A stretch of 64,000 nucleotides of DNA from Geosiphon pyriformis uo1 (taxonomy: Eukaryota > Fungi > Glomeromycota). The notes beneath the pieces are model-generated. The model was given only the letters and a program-made list of their open reading frames with translations. It was not told the origin of the DNA and did not search any database. The stretch is taken from positions 1-64,000 of the forward strand of contig JAAOMT010000694.1 of NCBI GenBank assembly GCA_016748015.1, written 5' to 3'. The position numbers and the translations under genes were made by a program. The stretch's first letter is position 1; each line of letters starts with the position of its first letter. Positions 13,414-25,862 of this stretch are shown here, in pieces.

Positions 13414-14227
13414 CTACCTTTGTTACCTAATGCATTAAACATATCTAATTCATACATCTTACTCATAATGCTAACAAGGTCATGACTATTCTTAATTATA
13501 CTACTTATCTATTTAGCAGTCTGATCAGAACTGGATTTGATACTAAAAAGCTAATCTTCTCATAAGTGCATCATAACATTAAAGGTGTTATTATAGACTG
13601 AAAATTTTTTATTATTATCATCATTATTATCATTATCATTATCATTATTATTAACCATGTTATTATTATCTGATCCATTTTTTAAACAGATCTGTTCACA
13701 TTTTTTCTCAAGATGCATCATTTTTTTCTGTATTATAATAGCAACAGCAGCCAAGCTTTTATTTTGCTTAGCCAATCCAATCATATTTTATTTAACTAAC
13801 ACATTCATGGCAGATAAAGTAGACAACAATTTGGTAACCAATACAACTAGAACACCAACAGGTTTAACCAAGAATTTTATCAACACAGACAGTTTACTAA
13901 GATGGGATTCCAGAGAAGTCAACCTAGATTCAACAGCAAAATTGGAAACAGAAGAAACAGCAGGCAACATGGGTGTTGTATTTTTGGGGGGACCATCAAG
14001 ATTCAAGTCCATATCAGTAGCAGCAGCAACAAAAGGAACCACAAAGGCAGCAGCTTTGGCATAAAATTTAGATCCAGCAAATGAAGATTTGAAAACTTTG
14101 GGGCCACCAGAAGTATTGGAAAAGAATTTGGGTGGAAGAAGAGGTAATATCTTGCAGTCTACAGCCAAATGATTTAAGTCTTAACACTTGTAGCAGTGGT
14201 AACATTCAGGAGTTTTCTATCAGATGC
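13414..14227 (-). mobile_element. Fragment of ORF1-only element (copy H2, close relative of H1)
   Basis: The ORFs at 13788-14168 and 13560-13784 closely match the ORF at 7605-8360. Confidence 0.88.
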
Positions 14228-15805
14228 TATTGGCATTTGAGTTTATGTGCAATTTTGTTTCTTTGGAGATTGAGACTGCTGCTGTTTTTGGGAAAAATGT
14301 GCTTAATATTTTGGATTCTGATAAGTTCTTTAATGTTTATAATAGTTTACTGGAAGTGTGGTCTGATTACATTAAGGTCTATACAGATAGGTTCTTAAAA
14401 AGTATTGGCTTCAATAAAGTGGCAGGTAAGACAGCTGCTTACTTTTCAGTTGTGGATGCAGGTGTTGGGATTAGAGTAGCTGGACTTATGTTCTCTACTT
14501 TGACTAAATTACAGGCTGTTGCTTTGGCTTTGGAGTGTGTTCTATCTTTGTGTTCTGTGGTCCTGTATTTGAATAGCCAATCTGCAATTAATGTTTGTAT
14601 ATTTGAGACTTCTTCTATTGTGTCTGACTTCTGCAACCAATGTTGAATCAAAAAATTGCAGATAGTCAATCTTCTTAGAGATAAAAACATTTTTATTAAG
14701 TAAGTGAAGATTAAAAGACATTTTAGTGTATCTGGCAATGTTAGAACTAATGCATTGGCTAGTAAAGCCATGTTTTCATCTTTCTCTTTGCTGGCTAGAA
14801 TTCGGAAGAGGTATTTAGTTGCTAAGAAAACTGCTGTATCTGGTAATGTCTATCACTTTGTTTGTAATCTGTACCAATCAATTTGCTGTGCTCATTGGAA
14901 AGCTGGTCCTGGTTTTAATATAATTCTAAGTGTTATGATTAAAAAAATTGAGTGAAAAACTACTACAGAGGTTTGGCACTCTAATTCACACATACTTTTT
15001 GGGTTTACTGATAGAAAGTTGGCCAATTTGCACACATATTTGATAAAAACTGTTTATAAACAACTATTAGTAGCAGTTAAGAAGAGATTGTATATTAAAA
15101 ATTATTCTGGGGTGTTGTGTTTGTTGTGTAGTAAAGTGAAGTTGTTTAATCATGTTTTTACTTGTTTTGGTAACTTTGGTCTTCATAGAGACATTCTGGT
15201 TGAAGCTGTTAGTAAATGGACATCATTGTCTAGTATTTTGTGCTCATCTACTTCTGTCATTTTGTGGTTACTTTCTATGTGTTTTTTAAATATAGGCCTG
15301 TACACAGCTATTTGCAAGAGCTTTGTGTTAAGAGATTGGTATGCTGAGACTGTTTTGGTTTTTAAAAGAAAGAAAAAAGCTGCTCTTGCCCTTGTGAAGT
15401 TCAGTAAATTTGTGGTAAAGTTACACTGTGCCAAGATGTGAGTTGTTAGAGCCAAACATAGAATGGATATGGAAAAGGCTAACTTGATTAGAGATGATGA
15501 TGTGATTTCAGACTTATCTTACTGTTTAGTTTCTATGTTATCAGTCGGAATTGTCTGTATGCTTGAGATTATAAAATCTTTTGCTATTAGATTTGGTAGA
15601 CACAAATTGTGTCTTTTTTTTTTGGTTTAAATAGTAATGTATTTGTTAGTATACACATGTAGTATTGTCTTGTCTGGTCTGAGTGGCTGGCTATATGTAA
15701 TAAGTACATAAGCTGCATTTAGTTAGTTTCACTTAGTTTGGTTTTATATACTAGATAGCAGTTGAGCTTTACTCATAAAACTTGTAATAAAAAAATAAAA
15801 AAAAA
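14228..15805 (+). mobile_element. 3' fragment of a LINE: RNase H, C-terminal zinc finger, 3' UTR and A-rich tail
   Basis: IKVYTD, STLTKLQAVALALE, LYLNSQSA, CLLCSKVKLFNHVFTC. Tail aataaaaaaataaaaaaaaa at about 15786-15805. Confidence 0.85.
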
Positions 15806-16188
15806 TATTTAAGAAAGCTTAATATTAAAATTTTATACAAAAAAACTAAACACAGTTTTAAATAATTAATTTTAAACCAAAAAATTATATAAAAATTAAA
15901 ATATAGTTTTAATATAATTTAATTTAATTTAATTTTATTAATTTTATTAAATATTATAATAAAAATTATTTATTTAAAAATATTTTAATAACTAGTAAAT
16001 ATTTTTTAAATATTATTATTTATATAAAAAATAGAAAAAATTATTATTATTATTATTATATAATAAATTGGCCAATTAAAAATTAAAATTAAAATTTTTT
16101 AAATATACTTAAAAAAATATCAGAAATTTCAAAAATATTTAATAAACCAATATATAAAATACTAAAAAATATTATATTATTAAAATAA

Positions 16189-16222
<34 letters not shown>
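15806..16222. other. Extremely AT-rich spacer ending in an (AAT)n microsatellite
   Basis: Almost no G or C. About 9 AAT units at about 16195-16221. Confidence 0.8.
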
Positions 16223-16224
<2 letters not shown>

Positions 16225-16344
16225 CTTCTTTCTCTCTTATCTCCAAAAATTCTCAAAAAGTGCATTTTCTATGAAAAGAAGTTTTTTTGTTTTTTAGTTT
16301 ATATCAACATTTCTTTACTTAATAATAATTCATTTTTTGTAAAT

Positions 16345-18215
16345 ATGGAAACTACTGCAAGTAGCTCCACATCTAAAAAAAAGGCACCTAAGGGTGCTTT
16401 TTATGGTCCTGCTAGTGGTTCATTTTCTCAGAAAAAGAAAGTTGTCATTGGTAATGTCAAATACTCTGGTAATAAAAGAGATATATCTCTAAGTAAATCT
16501 GGGTCTGGTGACAGTATATATTCTGATGTGAATAGTCTATCTGGTGATGATGAGGACATTGGCATGTCTGATGTAAATAATGGGTCTTTTTTGGGCTCAG
16601 CTGCTACTACATTCAAGGTGAAGTAAATTAACACTGGTGCTGGTTTTGGTTTTCTGCTCAGTTTTCTCAATTTTTATATAAATAATAATGAAGTTGTACT
16701 TCTTCCTTGCTTGTCTATCTCTCTTAAAAAGAAGTGGATTGACTCAAAGGTCATCAAAACTTCTGTGGAAATGTCTGTTAAAAAGTCATTTGCTTTGGAT
16801 ATTAATCTCTTAGCTGTAAAAAGGAAATCAGCTATGGCAAAAATTCAGTTAATCAGAAAAATTTTTTCTTCAATCAATGGTTTTGGGGAGACCACTACCC
16901 CCTCAAAATTTGAAGAGATCATCTGATCAACGTTTACTTTAGAAAAAAGCATGGAAATGGCCACATCATTGGCCAGAGAAAAAGAGATTGACATAAACAG
17001 TGATCTTAAGAGACAAGGAATGAAGTCAGATCAGGCTGTGGTGATTAAGAAAATTCTCATAGACACACTTAAAGATATGATTGTTGCCATAGTATCTAAA
17101 TTTGGGGAAATTAAGTCAATCAAAATTTAACTAATTGGAATGTGGCAAAAAGCTGTGGTAAAATTTGCTGAATTAGACCAGGCTAATTTGTTAGCCTCTA
17201 AGTAATCATTCTTGATTGGTAAGGATTCTGTGCACATAGCCAAAGCAGTAAGAGATCATGAAACTTGAGTGTTAAGAGATCAGTTCAGAGTGCTTTTGTT
17301 TACTTTGCTGATGGAAATGATAACATATGATCTTGGAACTCTTTTAGAAAGGACTGGTGGGAAAACTTGCATCATAAACAGATCTATGGAAACTGGTAAT
17401 AAGATTCACTGTGCTGTAGTTGGTTTTGAATTTGATAATGATCTGGAATTTGCTTTTTACACAGAGCTAATTCTTGGTGGTATTAAACTTTCTTGAACAA
17501 GGATGGATTTGGTTCGGTGTAAGAAATGTGAGAAGTTTGGTTATTCTGTTCTGGAATGTGATACATCTGTTGCATTCTCCTCTAAACCTTCAAGAACATT
17601 TAAAAGGGTTGCATTTGATGAATGTTGTCTTTAATTGGCTAAGTTGTATGAGAAAAAAAGTGTTCCAATATCCCACCCTGCTGCCTTTGGTGGTAAATCT
17701 TGGGCCCAGGTGGTCTCACTTACTGGTTCTTCTGATGGATTTCACTTTGTCTCTGGTTCTGGTTCCCCTTTTTCTGGCACCTCAGGTTTAAATAATGGTC
17801 TCCCTCCTGTCTTGGTTGACAATTCATTTTTGGATGCTCATTTGGTCTCTTTGGAGCAATCCTTAGAGCTGCTAACTAACCAAGTTTCTGGCATTGTGTG
17901 CAAACTCAGCAACATGAAATTGGTGCCGCAAGCTTCAGCTCCTCCTCTAAAGTCTCAGCTACTTTGATTGCCACCAAGAAGGATTTGGTTTTGGATGTGG
18001 TCATAGATAATTCTGAGTTGGTACTTTCACCCCCCTTTTTCACTTTTCCTAGTGTTTTAACATTGGGTCTGAATAGTTCAAAAGTTTTGACAACCAAGAT
18101 TGGCAGTTTGGAATTTAAGTTGATGGCTCTTAAGGCTTCTGTTAGTTCAGTTTTGGCAAAGTTAGATCATTTGGGTGCTGGTTTGGGTTCCTTGTTATTC
18201 TCTTCATCTCAATGA
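16345..18215 (+). pseudogene. LINE ORF1 (three RRM-like segments, CCHC-type knuckle, coiled coil)
   Basis: IRKIFSSINGF, AVVIKKI...KFGEIKSI...GMWQKAVV, CAVVGF, CKKCEKFGYSVLEC, LVSLEQSLELL. Confidence 0.82.
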
Positions 18216-21200
18216 GTGGTTTGATCTAGAAGATAACTACATGTAATGTTCAGGGCATCAATGTTCCTGCCAAGATGTTATTTGTTGGCATAAGAATATG
18301 AACAACTTGATTTTGATCTTTACTGAAACTAAATTGAAGGATAAAGTTTATTTGTAGATTGTTGGCAAATTTGAAGATGTCCATGTGTTCACTTTTGGTT
18401 TGAATTTTGGGTATTTAGGTGCTGGTATTGTGGTCGTTATAGACTTTTTCTTAGCAAAACATGTGTGTAAGATTTCTGAAATGCCCAGTTGGCTTCTATC
18501 TATTAGATTGCTTTTCAAAAATAAACTTTCTGTGTCTGTCTTGGGGCTGTATACTGGTGTTTTATCTGCAGCTCAGTTTTTACAGACTGGAGAAATCAAC
18601 TCTCTCATTGCAAAAGCTGCTAATGAATCTTTTTTTGTTGTTCTTGATGGTGACTTCAATGAAGACAGTTTGAAAAAAAGTGCTAGTTTTAAGAAGTGTG
18701 TTAGTTTGGGGCTGGTCAATTCTTTGGTGAGTAGTTTGGTCATGAAGAGTCTCACATAGAGGAATTCAAGGGGTATGGAAAAAACAATTGATTTTGTATT
18801 GGTTTTGTTAAATTTGGTTAGTGTGATAGTTGATCATGATGTTATGGACATTAGTGATTACTTTAACACTGATCATCGAACTGTTTTTGTATCTGTAGAT
18901 CTGGGTGGTTTGCTAGACACTCAGTTGAACTTTCTTTGCAGGCAAGCAAACAAGAATCACTGGAAGTTTGATTTTAAAGGTGCTAACAATGCAAAGTGAG
19001 ATGAGTTTAAAGAAGCTACAGCAGCCAATACTGTCATGTTTTCTGATAGTTTTATTATTTCCACACAATTCTTGAACTTAGATGTGATGTGGAACATGAT
19101 TCACGAAATTATGATACTGTTAACTAATGAAATATTCAGGAAGAAATGGTCTAAGAGTTATGATGATGTTTTTATCAAAGAATTTTTTAAGTTTCATAAG
19201 CTGGAGCTTTTAGTCTTAAAGATTGCTAAGACCTCTCATAAAAAAGATGTTGATAGATTTGCTCTTCTTATGAAATGCTGGAATTCTTTAGACAATGTTA
19301 AGGCTTCAATTGTGCAGAAAATTGTGAATTCTGATGCAGGTTTTGATTATGTGTGCTCAGCTCTTTTCAGTGTGTGAAAGACATATTGTGTCTTCAAGCT
19401 TGCTAAGTCTTTGTGAGCTGAAGAGTCAAAAATAAGATTAGCTGTTGATAGTCAAATAAAAAATTTTGCAATCAACAAAAGTAGCACAATCAGGAGCATG
19501 CTGGAACGCCCTTTTCAGAAGGTGGTTTTGGATCATCTGGTGATTGAGAATAAACTGATTCTGGAACCAAACTTAGTTAAGGCCAAGATTGACATGATTA
19601 TAAAAGGCTGGACCAGAAAGCATAATGTGGTGAGGGATTTTTCCAATGATTGGTCACATCAATATCAGCCTTTAGAGTATATTTTTGATGATGCTTTTTC
19701 AAATGTAATATGTTTGGTTGATTTTGATGAACTACTTGGAGTGGTTTTTAATCTGTCTGATAGCAAAGCTGCTGGTCTTTCTGAAGTGTCAAACAAGCTT
19801 TGGAAGCATTGTGACAAATTGGTCTTGGATATGCTTTTGGTGCTTTTAAACTCCTGTTTGTCTTATGAGTCAATGTTCGGTGCTTGGAAAGAAGCTTGGG
19901 TCTCGATAATTCCTAAGCCATATGAGTGGGAGAGAGTTTTTATGAACACCCAACTTATTGCTTTGATTGAGACTGTTCACAAAATTCTTTCCAAGATTCT
20001 CTTGAACAGTATTTTTTTAGCATGCAGTTCTTTTGATGTTTTACGTGGTGACAATTTCTCAGTTTTTAAGAGTATGACAATACAATCTCTCATTTTTGCC
20101 ATTGGTTCTATTATTGAGAATGCTTTGGAAAAGAACCGTGAACTCTGATTGGTCTTGCAAGACATGCAAAAAGCCTATAACTCTCTTAGATGAAAGCATT
20201 TTAGGAACAGTTTGGTCAGAATAAAGATGTGCGACAAGTTCATTAGATTTTTTGGTGGTATTCACAATGGTTGTGTTAATAAAGTGATGACAGATTTTGG
20301 TTTAATAAATGGATATCAAGTACACAATAGTTTGGATCAAGAGGAAGTGTTCTTACTGCTTCTTTGGCATATATTTTATGATTCTCTTTTGTGTGAAGTC
20401 AAAAAACAGGAAAGCATATATGGATATAGAATGAACTCTTATTTTGTTACCAGGACTGGTTGTTTGGAATCTCAGGCTGGATTGATGTTTTTTCTTGTTG
20501 TTGGTGCTTTTGTTAATGACACAATCTGAATTGGTAATAACCAAACTGTGACCCAACACATTTTCAATGTAGCTAGTAAATTTTTTTGAATCAATAACAT
20601 TTCTATTAACAATGACAAGACAGTAACAATTTCTATTAATTGCAAAATAGCATGTTCTAATTTGTCTATTAGTGGTTTATCTATTTCCATTGCCAAAAAA
20701 GGAAAGCCTCATCACTACCTGGGAATTTTTTTATCGACTAAGAGTTTGTCGAGGCCTAGTTTGGCTAAGACAGATGCTGATGTCAGATTTTTTGCCAATC
20801 TGGTTCTAAAGAAGGCCATTTCTGATAAGCAGTTTTCATATCTTGTGTCAGCAGTTCTCCACCCTATTGTTAACTACAGGACACAATTCAGTTTTGTTCT
20901 CTTTAGTATATGTAATAAGTAAGATTCTTTAATTTGTAGAAGCTTAAAGCTGAAGTCTGGTCTACCTTTCAATTTTCCTAATAATGTACTTTGTCATTCC
21001 TTATTGTATGATTTAAAAACTTTTGAGCAAGTCCAAGCTAAAAGCAAAGTTGCTTTTATTGTGTGTTTTGCAAACTTTGTTGGGATTTTGGGTCGTTTGT
21101 TTTTACACAGATCTCATAACTTACAGGTTCTGTCTTGGAGTCCACTTCACTCTTTGATATCTCCAGTTCATATTAAAATCAGTGCTTCTAATAATTTTTT

Positions 21201-22205
21201 GGCAGGTGTGGTTTGTATTTTTCTTGGGTGTGGTCTGTTTCTGGGTGGTCAAGTAAACAATTTTTTCTGTTTTCATGGTAATACTCCCATATCATCTGTT
21301 CTTGGCAGGTCTAATTACTTTGGATTTCTTTCATCTCTTTGGAGATATGGTATTGCTTTTGTTGAACAGCTTCACTATAAAAATAGAGCTGTTTTTAATT
21401 GGAGAATATTCAAGCATTGGAAAAAACTGGATCCACATGGCCCTGTTTCTGAATGGTTTAAGCTTTTTATTGATTTTCTTGATAGTGTAGCTTCTTCTCC
21501 TGCCCATTTTTTGCCTGTAGTTGGTACTGAGCATTTTGATATTTTGGAATCTAGTAAGTTTGAACTGATTTATAATCAGTTGCTAGAACTTGAGACTAAC
21601 AGCCTTTCTATTTATATGAATGGATCTCTGAAGAGATTGGGAAGTGTTGACATGAGAGCTGGTGCTGTGGATTTTTTTGAAGATATAAGCTTGGATTTGG
21701 GAGTCAGAGTTTCTGGTTTGATGTTTTCTACTTTGGCTGAATTACAGACCATTACGTTGGCTTTTGAGTGTGTCCTTCTTAATAGCTTGGTTGGTATCTA
21801 TTCGGACAGTCAGACTGTCTTGGATGCTTGCAAATCAGAATTAGGTATAGTTTATTCAGATTTTAGGAATTGCTGTTGGATTGAGCATTAGCACATTGAG
21901 AATATTATTAGAAAAAAGGATTTGAGTATTAGCTGGCACAAGATGTAGGGCCATTTGGGTGTCATGAGCAACAAACATGCTGATGCGCTTGCTGATGCAG
22001 TGTCTTTTTTTCTTTGGTGTTTTGTTCCACATGTGAAAAAATGTTATATTTTAGCTGATGGGAATGTTGTTTCTGGTAATTCTAGACATTTTGTTCATGG
22101 AATTTTTCAGTCTATTTATCGTGCACACTAGAAGGTCAGTTTGGGTTCTAGAATTTTGGATAGCAGTCTGCATTCAGACATTAATTGGTTTAGCTTGTCA
22201 TTAGT
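18212..22205 (+). pseudogene. LINE ORF2: APE endonuclease, reverse transcriptase, RNase H
   Basis: TCNVQG, TETK, GDFN, TIDFV, TDH; IIPK, DMQKAYN, AFVNDT, YLGIF; IYMNGS, AELQ, YSDSQ, GHLG..SNKHAD. Confidence 0.9.
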
Positions 22206-22416
22206 AATTAAATTGAAAAATAAAGTATTAAAATTACAAGATTAAAATAATTTAATAAAAAATATAAAATTAAAATATAAAATTAACTTATTAAAAAGAT
22301 AAAAAATCTTTAAATAAATAAGTTATTATATCAAAAAAAAGTAAAATATTAAGTATTAAAGTTATTAAAATATTAATTTTTGTTTTTATATAAAAAATTA
22401 TCAATATTAATTAAAA
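22206..22416. other. AT-rich spacer between two LINEs
   Basis: Very low GC content and no ORF. Confidence 0.7.
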
Positions 22417-25400
22417 AACTTTTTTCTTTCCTTTATTTTAAATTCTCAAAAAAAGAGTTAAAAAGTTTTTAAAAAAAGTTTTTACCATTTAGTATGATAA
22501 ATCTAAACCATTTTTGTTCAATTATAAAGCTATTATTGACTGTAGTATTGCTGTTATAAAAAAGTTTGTTAAGAACTTTAGTTCTAATGCTAAGGGCAAA
22601 AATGTTGTTTTCAGAAAGAAAAGAAAAAAAAATACTTTAAAAAATAGTATTATTATTGAGGTGGTTTCTTTAAAAGAAATAGTTGGAGCTTTTTGAACTT
22701 CTGATAATAAAAATATGACTAAATTTGATAGTATTAATATAAAAAGAAAACTTTTAGTAAAAGAAACCAACATAAATTATGGCAAAAGAAATGTGTTTAA
22801 TAAAAGTGATCTTGGCCAGATGCTAAAGAAACCAAAATTAATAACAAAAAAGCTTTGGGTACATCTTTAGAAAAAATTGATTTTTTGGATATTGATAATA
22901 ATAATATTCTTTTAGATGTTCCTATGATTTTTTTTTTACTACTTAAAAATATAGTCAATGTATTTGTTAGAAAATTTTTTGTTTTGAATATTAGTCTAAA
23001 TAATATTGTCAGAAAATTATCTTAAAAAAAGCTTGTAATAGTCAGAAAGTTGTTTTCAAAAGTTAATGGTTTTGAAAGGACATCTACTTCTTCAAAATTT
23101 GCTGGGATTATCAAAACAACTTTTACTTTCAAATTAAGTTTAATACAGGCTAACAAAATGGCTAGAAGTGTGAATATCTTAATAAATACCAATCTTAAAA
23201 AATTTACTGGATATTCAGATTGGGCTGTGATTGTAAAAAAAATTCCAAATGAAATACTAGCTGAGACTGTATATGCTGCACTGTCTGAATTTGGAGTAAT
23301 TAAGTTAATTAACATGCAATTAATGGGGCTGTAATAGAAGACTGTAGTAGAATTTGAGCAATCAAATTATGCTAATTCAGTTGTGGCTAAATGATCTGTT
23401 TTAATTAAAAAAGATGTCATGTGTATTACTAGAGTTAATAAAAACAAAGAATTTTGGAATACAAAAGACTGTAATAGGGCATTATTGTATACTCTGTTAA
23501 TAAGAACCAATACATATAATATTTGGAATTATATTATTTTAGTGAATAAGAAAACATGTGTTATTAATTGTTATTTGGTTACATATGTTTAGGCCAGATA
23601 TACAGTTGTTTGTTTTGACTTTGCTAATTTATTGAATGCTGTTATAGTAATCACATCAATATTAAGAGATGCCAATCTATACTGTTCTTATTTGAAATTT
23701 GCCAAATGTGCAAAGTGTGGAAATTTGGATCATACATTATTGGGCTGTTCTATAAATAAAAATTTTTTTTCTGGTCACTTTTCTCATAAAACATTTTTAG
23801 ACACAGATAAAAACAGGTTAACAGCTATTTATGCCAAACACTTAATGTCTGTTGCTTGTTTGATAGTTTTTGGTGGTATTTCTTGAGCAAAAATTGTTGG
23901 TAAATCTTCTTTTTTTTCTCTTTTTGCATGTAATGGTTTGGTTAATCTTGGCTTCTTTTTGGAAATAAAGTCTTTCTCTCTAGTGTCTGTTAAATTGAAT
24001 AATAAGTTTGTTGCTTTTGAACACAGTTTTATCAGTCTTGTAAAACAAGTCAGTAAGTTGGCTAAGAGATTAGACACACTTAGATCAATGATTTCTCAGT
24101 TTAGCTCTAGATATCAGTCATTAATAATCTCTTCATCACAGAATCAAGAAGTGAATACAATAATGAATAAGAGTTCAGGTGTGATCACTAGTAGTGTAAT
24201 TGTTGCAAGAGCTAAGATGTTTGACCCATTAATTATTTCGAAATTGGAAAAAAGTGTAAACAGTTTATCAGTTATAATTATGAGTCTGTTAGCCAGAATA
24301 AACAATATTGGTTTGGGTTTAATTAGTTTTTTTTTTAATAACAAATTTTGTTTAAAAAATTGTTATGTATAATGTTAAGAGTTTAAACAACTCTGCTAAA
24401 CAAGTAGATGTTATCTATTGACATAAAGATATGAAAAATTTGGTTTTTATTGTAACTAAAACAAAATCAAGAGAAAAGATTCATCCATAGATTGTTAACA
24501 AATTTAATGATATTTGAGTGTTTAATTCTGGTTTGAACTCTAGTTATATGGATTTTATTATTACTATTATTATAAATGTTGTATTGACATAACATTTGTG
24601 CAAAGTTTCAGAGATTGTTGGTAGATTCTTGTCTATTAAGCTACTCTTCAAAAATAAGCTTTCTGTGTCTATTTTGGGATTGTATGCTGGTGCTGTTTTA
24701 ATAATATGCTTAGTTCAAGCCAGGAAAATCAACTCAATAATTATAAGAGCTGTAAATAAATCTTTTTTTGTGATTTTGGGCAGTAATTTTAATGAGAATA
24801 GTTTTTACAAATGTGCTAGTTTCAGAAAGTACTACAATTTAAAGTTGGTAAATTTTTTGTTAGAGAGTTCAGTTGTGAAAAATTTAACATAGAAAAATTT
24901 AAAAGATGCCAAAAAAACTATTGATTGCATATTTATTTTTTTGAATTTGGTCAATACAGTAGTAAATTATAATGTTCTGGATGTTAGTGACTACTTTAAT
25001 ACTAATTACTAAACTGTTTCTGTGTTAGTGAGTTCAGGTAAATTATTGAAGATGCAATTAAACTCTTTTTATAAACAAGCAAATAAGAATTATTGAAATT
25101 TGATTTTAAGAATGCTAATAATACCAAATAGGCCAAGTTCAAAAAAATTACAGTGGCTAATACTATTATGTTTTTTGATAAATTTATTGTGTTTAAACAG
25201 TCTTTGGATTTAGATATAATATGGAATGTTATTTATAAAGCAATGTATCTGTTAGCCAATAAAGTTTTTAAAAAAAAGTGGTTCAAGAATTATGATAGTA
25301 TTTTTACTAAAGAATTATTCAGATTTTACAAGCTAGAACTTTTGGTGTTTAAGATTGTTGAGTTATCTTATATAAGACTCAATGATGAATTCACTTCTTT

Positions 25401-25824
25401 AATGTGTTATTAGGTGTCTCTAAATAGTATAAAAACTTTGGCTATTCAGATTTTGCTGGACTTAGGAGCTAATTTTGGTGTTGTATAATTCATTCTTTCT
25501 GGTGTAAGAAAGTTATATTAGGTGCTTAAATTAGCTGAATTCTTAAGAACTAAGGAATCAATTATTTGGTCAGCTATTAATAAGAGAATGAAAAGTTTTG
25601 TGGTCAATAAAAGTCACATGATCAGAAGTATACTGGAATGTTTTTTTTGTAAAGTAGTCTTGGATTATTTGGTTGTAGATAATAAGCTGGTTTTGAATTC
25701 TGATAAAGTCAAATTTAAGATTAATGTAAAAATAGAAAGTTGAACAAGGAAAAAATTGGTGGTGAATAGAGTTTCTGATCTGTAGAGTTATCAATATCTA
25801 TCATTAACTTATGTTAATAATCAT

Positions 25825-25825
<1 letters not shown>

Positions 25826-25862
<37 letters not shown>

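Larger units (their letters stand above)
16223..22205 (+). mobile_element. LINE (copy L-1): 5' UTR, ORF1 and ORF2; 3'-truncated after RNase H
   Basis: Domain order is typical of APE-type non-LTR elements. No C-terminal zinc finger or poly(A) remains. Confidence 0.9.

Noticed and set aside
13414-15805. Twin-priming 5' inversion of a single LINE
   Set aside because: The inverted part comes from the ORF1-only family rather than from this LINE, and no TSD was found. Insertion followed by deletion is simpler.
15806-16222. MITE, origin or centromeric element in the AT-rich tract
   Set aside because: No terminal inverted repeats or second copy could be discerned, and composition alone is not evidence.
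16345-22205. Alternative genetic code or Mollicutes-like endosymbiont DNA (many TGA/TAA/TAG at Trp/Gln sites)
   Set aside because: All three stop types occur, their positions differ between copies, frameshifts coexist, and the content is eukaryotic retroelements. Transition decay explains it.
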